Shown here: positions 1 to 13,091 of the stretch, in pieces
Numbering within the stretch: the stretch's first letter is position 1
Layout of the letters: each line of letters opens with the position of its first letter
Assembly: GCA_964252035.1 (NCBI GenBank)
Contig: OZ176210.1
Reading direction: 5' to 3' (one strand)
DNA: 64,000 nt
DNA from: Podarcis erhardii
Taxonomy: Eukaryota
Translations under genes and position numbers: made by a program
Notes under the pieces: model-generated
Databases searched by the model: none
What the model was told of the DNA's origin: nothing
The model's input: the letters and a program-made list of their open reading frames with translations, nothing else

Positions 1-292
1 TTTGAGAGGTCAATATGTTATCTCTATAATTCTAGTATTTGTGCAATTTCTTTCCTAATTTTGTTTATCGTAACTTAGTTGCAGTAGCACTAGTTCCAAT
101 AATTCTCAATTGGATGTCTGGTTTTGCTTAAGTAGTATGAACACCAAGAAGATCCAAAAGGTACCTTTCTATTTGGATTGACTAATCTGTCCATTTAAAA
201 ATTGGTAAATTCCAGGGGGAATAATCTATTGTTTCTAATTAAGCAATGGAAGTAAAATAGGGAATAATGAACATACAGTCTAAGTTATTAAG

Positions 293-381
293 GCTACTAT
301 CCTATGCACACTTACTTGGGAGTAAATCCCACTTAATTTAGCTGGAGTTATTTCTGAGTAGGTATGTATAGGATTGCACTG
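293..381. mobile_element. Short palindromic MITE-like repeat; related copy at ~51091-51164
   Basis: Inverted ends atcctatgca / tgtataggat. The core cacttacttgggagtaa recurs at ~51099-51115. Confidence 0.6.
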
Positions 382-2579
382 CAAATCTGGTAAGCAAAAA
401 AAAAAGTTGTATTCACTGTATGTTATATATTGTTTATTGTTAACTAACATGTTTCTATATGTAAGAATAATGCATGGCATGCACTGTACTATTGCATGTA
501 CTGTTTATAGCTGTGTATTGTTTTTGATTTGCTTGTGCATACTTGTGTCTATTATGTGCATACTTTGCTAAAATGAGTGCATGAGTGGATTTTTTTTGTT
601 TCATGTGTTGGTTGTTTAGCAGAGTTCAGTGCAAAGATTTCATCACTGGAGAACTCGCAGATTAACAGTGAGTTCATTTGAGCAGCTTGCTGTCTTATCT
701 TCTAGACCTATAATCTGCTTGATTAGCATTAGAAGATATAAAATCCTCAGAAACATATGAGTGATACCTTAAATCCTGGGATATAACTAATTCAGCACCA
801 CTGCATCTCTCAAACATTAAAGGGATTTCCCCCTTGAAAAGGGGAATTCAAAGCTGTTGCATAATTTTGGAAGGGGAAAAAAAAAAGTGACACAATCCTT
901 ATTGAGGGGTGCCAGCCTTAAATCCAACACCTCTAAAATACATTTAATGTATTTATTTCTATACCATTTACAGGCTCCCAAAGTGGCTTGCATTAATATG
1001 TGAGTACAGGGCTGAATCCAAGGCAAGCATAATGGAACTTTTATTCCTTTTCACTCCTCCCCCCCCCTCACACCATCTCCAGAACTGCTCCAGAAAGTTG
1101 GAGAAACCCCAAAAACAGATTTGGGGGGCATGCAGAGTGGGAGAGAGGGAAGAGGAAGTTGCATTGCACTCATAAAAGTGAATACTGCTTATGCACTGGA
1201 TATAACCCAGTGCCTTGAAATGTACTGTTGCAAGCCACCCCAATCTCATGAGTGGTGCAAGATTCCAGGTTTTCCAGCACTTACCCAGAGTGTTGGTTTC
1301 TTTTTGGAATGAGGCACAGCAGAGACTGTGGTATTTTTAGGATACATGGTTTGTTTACACATATAAACAACCTGAGCCTACAATGGTGGGATTCACAGCA
1401 TTAATGCCCCCAAAGGATCTTGTTTCTCTCATGGCCATAGCCTTGGATTCCAACAGATATCAAATATTGCTGTATTTGTCTTCTGCTTGCTACTCTTCTT
1501 CTAGGTCACATCACTTCAAAACTCTGTACTCCAAATTGTGGCCTTGTTTGTTGAGGGAGGAGGCCCCACCCATTTGCCATCTCATCGCCCCGGCTATCAC
1601 CTCACCAGGAGCTTAGCCTGCCTATTCCAAGAAGTAGAAGACTTGATTAAATTCTAACACTTGTTGGACCCAGGAATTAGAAGGGTCTGGCACATAGCTT
1701 AACACCCGAAACCCCTAACAGTATTACAAAAAGGAAGTGACCAGAATACCTATGTTCCATTTAAAACAAAATGTTTTGGCTCTGAAGTTTCCTTGACTAT
1801 TACTACAGTGTTTCTCTGATTATATTCAAGTAATCATCATATGTTTCTGTTGTTAAAACGCAAATTAATATTATCAAGGCTGAAATAGAATTAGATTTCT
1901 AGCTAGGCTACAGGCTTCATTATTCACCTGTATTATAGCTTGCAAACCTATCCAAGCCAATGACCATTACTTTAATCAGCTAAAGTGTCATCCTATGTGA
2001 TGTACTTCCATTGATTTAACTAAAGACATTCTCTGTAATACGTACTAACCCTAATTGTCTACAGTGATTGTTCAAATTCAGTGCTTTAACTAATTTATTT
2101 TTCTGTAAATTTTTTGGCAAATAATATCTTGAAGTATAAAAGAGAGAATAAAGTAACCCAGATGAAACCATTAAGAATTTGAAAACAATTTTTTGTTTCC
2201 TCCAGCATTTTTGCTTCCTAACAAACTTTTTAAATGTGTCCACATTTACAGAAGTGGTAGAATTTTGAATGTACTAACATTTTGCCCCCTGTTTACATGG
2301 AAGGTATTACCCTTAACTCCAGGTGTGTGTGTGTGTGTTTTTGTGGGGTGGTGGGTTTTGGGGGGGGGCGGGGCAATCTAGTACCCAGAAGGAAGCACAT
2401 TCTGCCAGTTTTCCTATGTACAAAATAAGGCCTCTTTTTATTCAGTCTCAGTCTGTTCTAAGTTCCCCATGTTGAAAATTGATTAATTCCCACTCCAGCT
2501 GCCACAAAATCCCAAAACCTGCTTCACAGTCAACCCCCACAAAAAAAGCTTGTAACACAGCCTTCTCTCCAATGAGGAG

Positions 2580-2740
2580 CCACAGGAGTATAGTTCATAT
2601 TTTGCACATGTAAATTCCAGGTTCAATCCTGGCATCTCCATTTACGGTAAAAGGTTCTTAGATAGTAGAATGGGGAAAGGCCTCTGTTTCAGATCTTGAC
2701 CCGTCAGAGTACATAATTCAGGAGAGCTTGCATAGCAGGG
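2580..2740 (+). mobile_element. Degenerate tRNA-derived SINE (Squam3-like)
   Basis: B-box-like ccaggttcaatcctggcatctcc followed by ggggaaaggcctctg; resembles squamate SINE consensus from memory. Confidence 0.5.
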
Positions 2741-3480
2741 CTCGGATTCTAAAGTATTTGTGCCACGAATTAAAAGGAGAGGTTCTACTCACATTTTGTG
2801 GAGGTGCTTTTCATTCACAAAACCTTATGTTCTAAGCTTAGGTGTTAATTCGGGGGGGGGGGGAATAATGCTTTTCTGCACTCTTTGCAGGACATCTAAG
2901 CAAGGTTATCAAATTTTTGTTCCCCTGCATTTTCTGTGTGGTTCTTCAGCCTTGTTTGAGATCAAAAAAATCCAGCAAGAGCAATATAGCAGCATGATCT
3001 CTACTGTAGAGGTAGAGAGATATTAGAATGGCTCAAAATGACACATTATGTGACTGGAAGGGCCTATTCTGTGAACATCTTTTTAATCAAACCCACTCAT
3101 CTTCCTTGCTGATGCATAACAATTAGCTACATTATTGTAATTGGAATAAGTGGCCTTCAGTCTAAAATCACTAATTTTAATAAAATCTAAAAATTGAGAT
3201 AATTAGTTGAGTTCATTGACATTTGTACCTCTTTTTTTATTGATCCCAAACGTCTTCCTATTACTTTATCCTGTTTTTCTTTTTCATCATGAAATAATAG
3301 GAGGTTGGCATCTCTCTGAAATGTGCTGTAGTGTGAATGATGCTTGTAGTTTGATTTCAGTCATATGTAGTTGTTTGGAATGTGTTTGGCATTTTTGTAT
3401 GTGCATTGTTCCTTTGGAAGACAACTGGCCTCCAGTGCAAATAAGTAAAAAGTTATTAAAATGCTCTATTTCATTTGCAG

Positions 3481-3519
3481 ACAATGTTAATGAGGAAGAG
3501 TTGGAAAAGATCAAGTAAG
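3481..3519 (+). CDS. MCTP1: MCTP1 coding exon TMLMRKSWKRSSK (linker after C2A), 39 nt, phase 0/0
   Basis: Acceptor tttcatttgcag at 3469-3480 and donor GTAATT at 3520. The translation matches the vertebrate MCTP1 linker peptide as I recall it. The ORF track reads this stretch in a different frame. Confidence 0.93.
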
Positions 3520-4706
3520 GTAATTCTTAGTATGTGGTCTTGAGAAGAACTGTGGTGCTCTATATTGTGTCACTTGAATGGAAAGTTGTGACACATAGAC
3601 TAGGTCTGTAAAACTCGGTTTATAATTTCGATAATGAGGCCTTTTTAAGTGATAAGGATTTGTTATATAATGCAACACTATTGAACTTCCTTCATCATTG
3701 TAGAACACTGAAGTACATCTAACTAGGCAATGGTCTGGGAGATCCGTTTATATTAAGACCTGTTTCATATTTTGTGCTCATTTTTCTTAGTCAACACAAC
3801 CTAAACTAGTGAATGCATTTTTCATCAGGTGGTAAGGAATTCCAAAAAAGTATGCAGTAGAAATGTAGGGTGAGATCAAATGGAGATCCAATTCTGCAAG
3901 CAGAATGAACTCCCAGTTGCATAATGCAGACCCCAGACTCTTCTCTGGAGAGTTTGGTGACCCCCAAAGCACATTTGGAAAACTGAAGGGTTTGGAGGTA
4001 GGGAAAGAGGAAGGGGAATTTTGTGTGTCTAACACATCACCTCCAGAATTCAGGTTATCTTTTTACATAATGTGGTTTGTAGTATGAACAAGCTTTGAAC
4101 AGGCAACTAAATATATTCATCTGAATAGGTTGGTGGTTTGGCGTTCTTGCCGCTCCTTGCAAATGATACAAAACACACATGGTTTTATTTAGTTCTAACA
4201 TTGTGCTGTGAAATATATACGATTTGATGAGTGGATTATAAACTATTAAGTAGTGTGCACACCTGCATACACATTCATTCACCCCTGCATCAAACTTTTC
4301 TCATGCTACTTGATTTTTTAAAATTCACTCTTGACATACCGGTAAATAATCTCATGCCATCCAGATGCATAAAATGAAGGCTAAGTTTTGTTACCAGTCC
4401 ACAGAACCTAATTTAGGAATAAAAATGGTGGTAGGCATGAGACTTCATCCCTTCATGGTGAAGAATATGAGGTTACGATGAAATGGGTCCTATGTCTGCA
4501 ACCTCTGCTGCACATATTAGATATTTTGCACAACTAGGCAAGGATTCTCAAAGTGCATTATAGCTGCAGCTTCATCTTCGGTACTTGTTGTCAACGCCAA
4601 AATGTTGCATTTTTGTTGTGTCGATCTATATAGAGAATATTCCTCAATCTACTTTACTCTGAAGTTGTACGAACACTTGCATATAAGAGTTTGCGAGAGG
4701 TTAAAC

Positions 4707-4855
4707 CAGGGATAGCCAACTGGTGCCCTCCAGGTGTTGTTGGACTGCAGCTCCCATCAGGCTCAGGCAGCAAAGCCAGTTATCAGGAATGATGCACTCC
4801 AGATGTCATTGTAGTCTTGCAACATCTGGAGGGAGGGACCACATTGGCTTCCCCA
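4707..4855. mobile_element. Older copy of the palindromic hAT MITE family (others at ~6573-6697, ~7934-8072, ~8667-8770, ~59784-59903)
   Basis: Shared core ccctccagatg..ggactacaactcccatc..gatgggagttgtagtcc..catctggaggg, homologous to the intact copy at 36409-36545. Confidence 0.75.
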
Positions 4856-7800
4856 GATTAAATAATAGACTTGCTTACTTAAACCAGAAATAATGAACCT
4901 CAGATTTCTGTTCATTTTTGGCTTTTAGAAACATTTTCTTGCAATTGCTGATACACACTTGCAGGCCTGCTGCTTTTATTTTCATAACATGATCGCTTCT
5001 CACTACCACTTACAGAATTCTGTGGAGAAATGGCAGTATTAACTGGGCTTGTTCAATTCCACAATCATAGCAGCACCTGTTCCAATTACCATTGGTGCCA
5101 GTAGTGGTCAGCTCTGGGTTTATCCATGTACAGCCTGGTCTTCAGAGACTCTCTTATGTACCTAGCAACCGTCAGGAGGGATTATGGAGAGGGCAAATGC
5201 AACTGAGTCGCATTTGTGAGCCAAGCCTTAGAGTTGCTTCCTATTTTACCTTTTGCAAAAGAACATACATTCTTCAGTACTCAAAAATGTGCACAGAATG
5301 TGCGAAATGCACATGAGCTGGCTTTAAATTGTTTGGGAATGGAGTATCTTCCTATATGAATCTGTCTGTTGGTTATATGACACCCTGCTTTTTATCCCAT
5401 TTAAAGCGGTTTCCTGGTGAGGACATGAAATGGGGCATCTTATGTGGCATTCCCTCCTGAAACGTTAAGACTAGTTTTGTTTTATCAGGCCTTTAATTAT
5501 GATATATAAATTTTAATTTTGCCTCTCTCTCTGCCCTTTCAATCACTGTTCTCTTGTGCATGTGAGATGACATAAGGTGGGAGTTGAGCTCCCTCTAGTG
5601 GTTGAATGCAAAATCACTGTTCAAAATTCAAATAGGCTTCTGGACTTCCATTCTGCCCAGAAAATAGTTCAGTTGTGTCTTCACCCAGTGGTTGTCATGC
5701 ACTTTTTTGCAGCTTCGTGGCTCTGTTCTTTATTAATTGTATGTGTGTTAATCCTTCCACCCCACCCAGTTCCCTCTGTCTCCTTCCTGCTGGCTCCTGT
5801 TCTCCCCCTCTTAAGGTTTTTTTAAAGCAACAACAAAAAGCCCTGTGTATTTGCTGCTTTGTTCCTCTACTCTGAAGACCAGTCTCAGTCTGGCCCCCAA
5901 ACCCTCCACTGTCCTAGCTAGTCCTCACCATCCAACCCCCACATCTCTTTTCAAGTCTCAAGTTTACCCCATTCCCACCCAAAACTGCACTGTAGTTTTC
6001 AGCAACTGGCATTCAACTGGCATTCAGCAACTGACATACCACAGACAATTAATTTTTTTTATCTCTTCCATTAAATAAGTGCCTTCTTTTAAGATGCATC
6101 TCATATCTCAGGACAGGGAACCTCTTTTGGCTCGTAGAAAATGAGAAATACTGTCTACCTTAGTGCTGTGGACAACCACAGCGCTATGGTCAGAGAAGTC
6201 TCTGCTTGCTGCCTTCTACTGTCAAAGAACTTACCTCTGATCTTAGCACAGTGTTAGCGCTACATTGGAAATAATGCATCTCATCACCTGACATCATATG
6301 ATGTCAGATGAGTGGAGTTTGCCACATGGCCAAATTCAAAGGCTTAGTGGGCCTTTTAAGACCTGCAGGCTGGTAAAAGAATTGACAGTATTAACTGCTT
6401 GTTTAGATACAGACCTCAAAATACAAACATGCAATAAAGATATCCATGTTTACATGATGAGCTTAAAGTGGCGTCGATTGTATTGTATTGTATTGTAGCT
6501 GTGAAAGTGAAGTATCTGATGAAGCAGGTACGATAGCTGGCAATGCTCCAAACATATTGCCAGGGTGTAGAGCAGGATGGCCCTCCAAATATTGCTAGAC
6601 TACAACTCCCATCATTTCTGAAAATTGGCCATGTCGGGTGTGTCTTATGGGAGCCAGAGTCCATAACATCAGGAGGACCAGAGGTTAGCCACTCTTGTGT
6701 AGCGCCTCCATGATTTGTAGCCTGAGCAGTCTCTCATGCTGCAGCTTACTCCTCAATTACTCTACATTTGTCTATTCACTTTGGATTGGAGACTGTGGGG
6801 AGTGGGAGGTAGGTGCAGGAAGGAGGAAACCCTATTGTGCAGGTGGAAGAGTAGATTTTTCTGAGTACTGATGTAGCCAGTTGACTGCTAAGGTAGTTTG
6901 CGGAGTGAAATTAGTATATCTAGTATATTTCATTTGTTTTGTGTGTAATCAGCTTTTGGGTTGGCAGATGTGAATTGACAGGTTGAAATGCCAGTAGAAG
7001 GGTTTTGGTTTTTGGTTTTGGTTTTGCAAAAAACAACAACCCACCACGACCACTGTTAGGTTATTTCTTTCTGCATCATCATGTGGCCACCCAAGCTGTA
7101 CTCATAATTCCTAATGGGAGTTTCACTTGGGACATTTTGACATGAAAAGAAACTACTGAAATATAAAAAGAGAATGCTTTAAGATCCAAATGGTGTCTAA
7201 CCTTTAGAAATAGTGGCACAGAACCAGGTATAACATCCCATCCCATGGAATATTCTTACCCCACCCTGCATTTGGTTTCAGGGACCTAGAAGCCAGCACC
7301 AGATCTCCACAAACCCAGTGCTACTAGCCAGTCCATCAGTCAGTGATTAGATAGATGATTGCCCGGGATTGTCTGGAAGCAGTGTGGGTAGCCTTGGTTT
7401 AGATGAGTTTCCTTAGGTCAGGAAGAGAATCAGGGCTTCGGGCTGTTTGGTAGATATGATGGGAGAATGGCAAGCTTGTTGAAAGGATTGCCATCTAGTT
7501 GCCTTCCCTGCATGCTACATTGTTAACGAGACTGGGGAAGCTAGGCTCTAGAGATAACATGGGAACTCTTAATGGACAACCAACCAGGCAAGCCTGTATG
7601 ATTTGGAGGTTTCTTTCTGGATCATAGCTGGTGGTAGCCCTTTCATCTCCCCCTGCCTCAGGAAAAGGGAAATTAGTGGCAGCCAGCTCTGCCTCTTAAG
7701 GGACTGTACTGTGTACAGTGATGTGGTAGCCAAAAGGGAAAAGAAATCAATGTTATCTAATGAAACCATAGTCTGTATAGGGGTGTACATACACATAAGG

Positions 7801-8312
7801 TTATAATGCCCAGCAGAATGTGAATAATTTTGAATTGACCAGCATGATGGTGGTCTGAAAGCACCATGGTCTGGAAGTGCGTGGGATCTAATCTTGAAAA
7901 GGGAAAAGGCAACCGGGTATAGATTACCTATGATAGGTATAGCCAACATGTTGCCCTCCAGATGCCACTGGACCTCAACTTCTATTATCCCCAGCCAGCA
8001 TGGCCAACGGTCATGAATTATGGAAGTTGTAGTCCAGCATCATCTAGAGAGCATCATGTTGGGTTTCCTCTGATAATTCATGGCTACATAAGCAGACAAT
8101 GAGTTATGCCCTATCACTATAAAAATGGTGATCACACTGTGCCAAATTGGCAGGGAAATCCAAGTTGAATATATTTTTTTAATTTGTTCTTTGTAAGTTT
8201 TTGGGTATTCACTTATGCACTTTCTTTAAATAGCCATTCAGGTGGGAAGCAAATCACGGGGTTATGGTTTGCTTGTGTTCTAGCTAAATCAAAGTTCTCT
8301 CTATACCTAAAG

Positions 8313-8483
8313 TTTCAGACCCAGAGTATACGTCTGTCAGACCTGCACAGAAAAGCTCAGCTGTGGAGAGGGATAGTCAGTGTCACTTTGATTGAAGGTC
8401 GTGAACTCAAAGCCATGGATCCAAACGGGCTCAGTGATCCCTATGTGAAATTCCGACTGGGACACCAGAAGTACAAGAGTAAG
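8313..8483 (+). CDS. MCTP1: MCTP1 coding exon FQTQSIRLSDLHRKAQLWRGIVSVTLIEGRELKAMDPNGLSDPYVKFRLGHQKYKSK (start of C2B), 171 nt, phase 0/0
   Basis: C2 loop-1 motif D-x5-SDPYVK; acceptor AG at 8311-8312 (in-frame alternatives at 8317-8318 and 8323-8324); donor GTAACT at 8484. Confidence 0.96.
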
Positions 8484-9008
8484 GTAACTTTGTTGAACTG
8501 TTATTCCAAATGGTGGTGGTTTTAAATGTGTTTGCAGCATTTTAAGTGTTAAACAGAGTCACAGAATAATTCTTCAGACTGCCAAACTGAAATCCGAGGA
8601 TTCTTGTTCAATCAACAACGTCGTAGCAGTAGTAGACCTAAATCTAGTTACTACATATACCTTAGACAGGCCTAGCCAACATGAAGCTCTCCAAATACAA
8701 TTGCCATCACCTGCAACCATTGACCATGTTAGTTCAGGCTGATGGGAACTGTAGTACACAAGATCTGCATGTTTTATATGTCTAATGGGGATTTCAAGTT
8801 TTTCTTTTTAAACCGCAGACACTCGGGCCTCTGTGTACTTACGTTGAAACTCTCTTGAGCTTCAAACTGGTTTGCCATGGATAGGATTCTGTAGTTCAAG
8901 AACCATATCCCTGAGCTACACTGGATGTATGCACCTAGCTTTATGGTTCTTGAACAGTGACCCTAGTTCTAAAAGGACATTTGGGTCTAGACTAGACAGG
9001 ATCTAGTA

Positions 9009-9240
9009 CAGTCAAACTTTGGTTGTCGAATGTAATCCATTCCGGAAGCCCGTTCAGCTTCTGAAATGTTCAACAACCAGGTCAATTGGCTGCAAGAGCT
9101 TCCTGCACTCAAGCAGAAGCTGTATCGGATATTCAGCTTCTGAAAAACGTTTGACAACCAGAGCATTTACTTCCGGGTTTTTGGCGTTCGGGAGGTGAAA
9201 CGTTCCAAAATGAAGGCGTTCAGGAGCCAAGGTTTAACTG
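9009..9240. mobile_element. Tc1/mariner-type MITE
   Basis: Inverted termini cagtcaaactttggtt / agccaaggtttaactg. TA precedes the left end; the right flank is tgta (degenerate TSD). Confidence 0.7.
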
Positions 9241-9932
9241 TGTATTACTTTAGTTATGCCCAAGAAAAAATTGTTTCTTGAAGCTTTGGGGAGCTACACT
9301 GGGGATAGGTGGTCTTCTGATTATTGTTTATATGAAATTAGTTTTTTAAAAAATATATACAGTATATTACTTTGTATGGATAAGCACTCTTTTGCTGAAA
9401 GCCTGTTTATGAATATTACAAACAAACAAAATTTATGCTGAGAAAAGGAATTCTGTGAAGGAAGGCATAGCATTTGTTACATTTTACCTGTATTCTTCAG
9501 GAAAGGTATGGTGGGGGAAGTCATGCTTGAGTCTATGCCTTTTAAAAGACCGGGCAAGAAACAATATAGAAACTCAGCAAACCAACTTCTTTTCCTATGC
9601 AAATGGTAAAAAGAACTGGTATATGCTGTAGCTAATCATTTTATCCTGTTACTTTTTAAAAGGTAGCTTTGCTGAATTTTTATCAGTAAGAAACTGACTT
9701 TATTAGCGTACATCTAAGGGAACATTTTAGGGAACCTGAAAAAATTCTAGAATCATACTTTGCAGAAAAGCATACTATATTTAATCTTTAGTGTACCTTA
9801 TTTCCTACATAAACATTTGAAAATGTCTGATGAAGCTGTTGGTTTGCTGAACTATTTCTTAACTATACCAAAAGAATATTCTGTTGTTCCAGGAGGTGCA
9901 AGTTTCCATAACTCCCTTTACATTTTTTCCAG

Positions 9933-10063
9933 ATTATGCCAAAAACTTTGAATCCTCAGTGGAGAGAACAATTTGACTTGCATCTCTATGAGGAACGAGG
10001 CGGAATTATTGATATTACAGTGTGGGACAAAGATGCTGGCAAAAAGGATGATTTTATTGGCAG
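9933..10063 (+). CDS. MCTP1: MCTP1 coding exon IMPKTLNPQWREQFDLHLYEERGGIIDITVWDKDAGKKDDFIG(R) (C2B), 131 nt, phase 0/2
   Basis: Acceptor cattttttccag, donor GTTTGT at 10064; C2 motifs KTLNPxW and WDxD-x4-DDFIG. Confidence 0.97.
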
Positions 10064-10664
10064 GTTTGTCTAATTACAAGCAACTTGTATTCCGAGAATG
10101 AGAAATGATTATTTTATTTATTCATCTGGGCACCACGGGGCAATTTACAATATAAAAACACAAAAATGCATAACACAGTAACAAACAAAAACCAAAAAAG
10201 CTCCTCATACACAGTTTAACTAGATTGACTCCAACTACAAAATTGCGGCTGCTGAACAGACTCTTGGGCTGCGGTGTTGTTTAGGGGTTTTTGTTGAGTG
10301 TCTGTTTTTTGCTGCTTTTATTGATATATAGTATATTTTTAGATCTTATTATGATTTATGTAGAAATTGTTTTAATTTGTTTGTTTACCTTTTGATGTTT
10401 TATTTATTGCTTATGACTACTGGTAAGGATTTCTCCTCAGGGTTTACCCTTGAAGTCTTTCTCACAAAGGCCACTTTGGTGCTGCAAACACAGCAAAAAC
10501 AATACAGGAGGCAACAGCAGTATGACTCATTTCATTATGTTTGTAATTCCCCCCCCCCATGTTGTAGGCTGCCTTGAGATGCTTTTAACATGCAGCATAC
10601 AAATAAAATTATGTATGTAATGTAGAAGGCCAAAGATTGTTTAATTAGAGAGGGTGAAGATTTG

Positions 10665-10745
10665 AATTGATATTGCAAACTGCCCTGTGATCCATGGATG
10701 AAAGGCGGTATAGAAATTTAATAACTAATAATAATAGCAATGAAT
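10665..10745 (+). mobile_element. L2-type LINE 3' end; similar tails on the - strand at ~11690-11800, ~31770-31870 and ~35855-35965
   Basis: Stem-loop motif (a)ctgccctg..ggcggtata followed by a (TAA)n/A-rich tail; same motif as the tail at 58511-58662. Confidence 0.6.
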
Positions 10746-13063
10746 GATAATAATGGCAGTGATTTCATATACACTTGTGCTACTTTTTATGGGGGGGGGA
10801 GGCACCCTAGAAATTATCTGTTGTTGACTTTTTCCATTTTATATGGGAAGAAATTTCCTTGACCAGTAGGTGGCAGATCACACCAACTGAAAGATGTCAT
10901 TTTTCAAAACTCAGTTACAAAAGAATCAAGATGCAGGAAGTTCCACTGATGACATTTGAAGAGGGAAAGATGATTGGCTATTTTGTCATGACGACCATTC
11001 ATATGCTTGAGTGAAATTGTTCAAAGCAGTCTGCTTTGTTCAAAGCAATATTTTTGACAAGGAGGATTGTTTGAATGAGTGTCTATCTCTCTTCCAAGGG
11101 AACACACAAGAATCACAGGATCTGTGTGTGGTTTTTTGCACTTTCCCAAACCATGCTTGTTGTGCTGCTTATGGTTTCCACACCTGGGTTCAGCATGATA
11201 ACCTTGAAGGCTAGGCTTTACTAGGTCACTATGGTCAGTGAAGTGATAGGTAGTGAGTCACAAATGTCTCTCACAGAAGCAAACTTACCAACAACAACAC
11301 GTGTGGTAGAGGTCGCCATTGTAGTTCCTCTGTGTAGGGTTCTGTCAGTTTAACAATTGATAGAGGTTACTAGAAGCAATGCTTTATATACTATTGCTGG
11401 ATAGTTGTTAGTAAAATTGCCCATACTTACTGATTTGTTGTTGTTGTTGTTGTTTACTCCCACCACACCTGCTGTGGAGCTAAGTGGGCAGCCTGGAGAT
11501 GGAGAGCTTATTAGTAAGAAGGTAGGCAAGGAAAATAGTCTGTCGCTAAGCAGAGGGGGGAAGGAGGGTCTGCAAAATAGCCAGTGAGCATAGCTTTCTT
11601 ACTGTTCTTTCCTTGTATGTCTACAGCCAGATGGGTAGCTGGATGGAGCAATGAAACACTAGGATTAAGCCAGGATAGCTGGTCCATATAAATAAATATA
11701 AATAATAAATAAACATTTATTTATATCACGCCCTCCCCTGCCGAAGTCTGGCTCAGGGCGGCTAACATCAAATATATAACATTGGTATAAAATCAAACAA
11801 TAAATTACTTCCTAAAAACAGGTCAGAATCAAATTAAAGTCTTAATTACTGCTTCCCGCAGGGTTAGGGTTGAACAGTAAGTGCTCAGTGACCCAAACAT
11901 GGTTAATGCATGCCAAGATTCACAGGCCAACGTTGTTACAGATTATGTGATCTGTTAGCTGCAAACAAGTTGTAGGTTTGAGCAAACAAACCATGGCTAA
12001 GCTAAACAAGCAATGGTTTTACATTGTGTCCAAATGCAGCCATTGGGCATGGGCATGGACTATTGAAAGTTTGTTGTGAATAGCGCATAGCTGTTAGTTC
12101 AAATACTAAGTATGGTTGAAAGGTATTTTATACATGAGGACTGTTAACAGGTTATCCCTTGTTTTCTGCTACTCCCTCTTGACCTGTTCTATCAGTGTGT
12201 TCATGCATCTGTGTGTTTGTGTGCTTAATCTGAGAATTAAACACACTGTGAATTATTCACACTGTGAATAATGTAAACATCATGACTGTTTTTTTTTTTT
12301 TTCATTTCAAATTTTTACCGTTTTGAAGTAACAGCCTGAGCACTGCCTCTTAATACTGTTATCCACTCTTGTGTTGTTAGTAGGCTTTAATGGCCGAAGC
12401 TCTATTTTAAAAGCTATGAGCTGGAATTTCATCTTTCAGAATGAATTTTCTATAATTTATACATACGGTTAAAGGTCTGAAACATCCTGCCTGTTTGCCA
12501 TGAACTTAATTTTCATGCAGTACATAAGGCCAGTCTTGACTGCTCATTATGCTTTGGAGAACAGCTTTTTGCTGTTACTCGAACAGTGTTTCTTCCTGGG
12601 CATGTTGAATTCTCAGGTGTTTTACCAGGCTGCTTTCCTATCCACTACCTCATGCAATTTTATTATTAGTATTCCTGTAGTTGCTTAAGAGCTTCAGAGA
12701 GAATCTCCATTCCCATGCAACCACAACAGTGTGAGAGGCGCCTCCCTAATCCTAGCAGTTCGCCATTGCTTACCCTTTTTTTGGCTCCATTGTTATAATG
12801 GATCCAGTGGGGCTAGAGAGACTTTGCTTGTGTTGCACAAATGCTGATATGTGGCAATTGCTAGTTCCTCGCTCTAGCACTAGGGAATAGATGGTGCTGA
12901 AGCAGAGTTACACCAGTTATTTTCCAGTTTTGTTTCTACCCTCATCCATTTGTGCATCTCAAGCACTTATTCTATCATCGGTAAAAGATGATAGTACCAG
13001 CAGTGTTTCCACTGTAGTCTTATGGCACTTTGTTTTGAGAAAAACAGACTTTTTGTCAGGTAG

Positions 13064-13091
13064 GTAAATAGTAAATAGTAAATAGTAAATA
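13064..13091. repeat. Tandem repeat (GTAAATA)x4
   Basis: Four perfect 7-mer units read directly. Confidence 0.95.

Noticed and set aside
5092-5316. ORF containing RICEPSLRVASYFTFCK, faintly like the human cassette peptides (VVGSYFS, TCGRPALPV)
   Set aside because: Only a few identities, no convincing acceptor or donor, and the comparison relies on memory; likely chance.
5577-5640. ELPLVVECKITVQNS as a possible homologue of ELSENEVVGSYFSVKS
   Set aside because: Very weak similarity and no suitable splice sites.
7282-7390. Apparent acceptor tttggtttcag followed by GC-richer sequence
   Set aside because: Stops in all three frames and no homology to MCTP1.
11859-11870. Telomere-like agggttagggtt
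   Set aside because: Only two units; expected by chance.
12252-12272. Small palindrome attattcaca-c-tgtgaataat; similar 10-bp-arm hairpins at 13258-13284 and 50591-50616
   Set aside because: Short AT-rich stems are common in such DNA and have no independent support.
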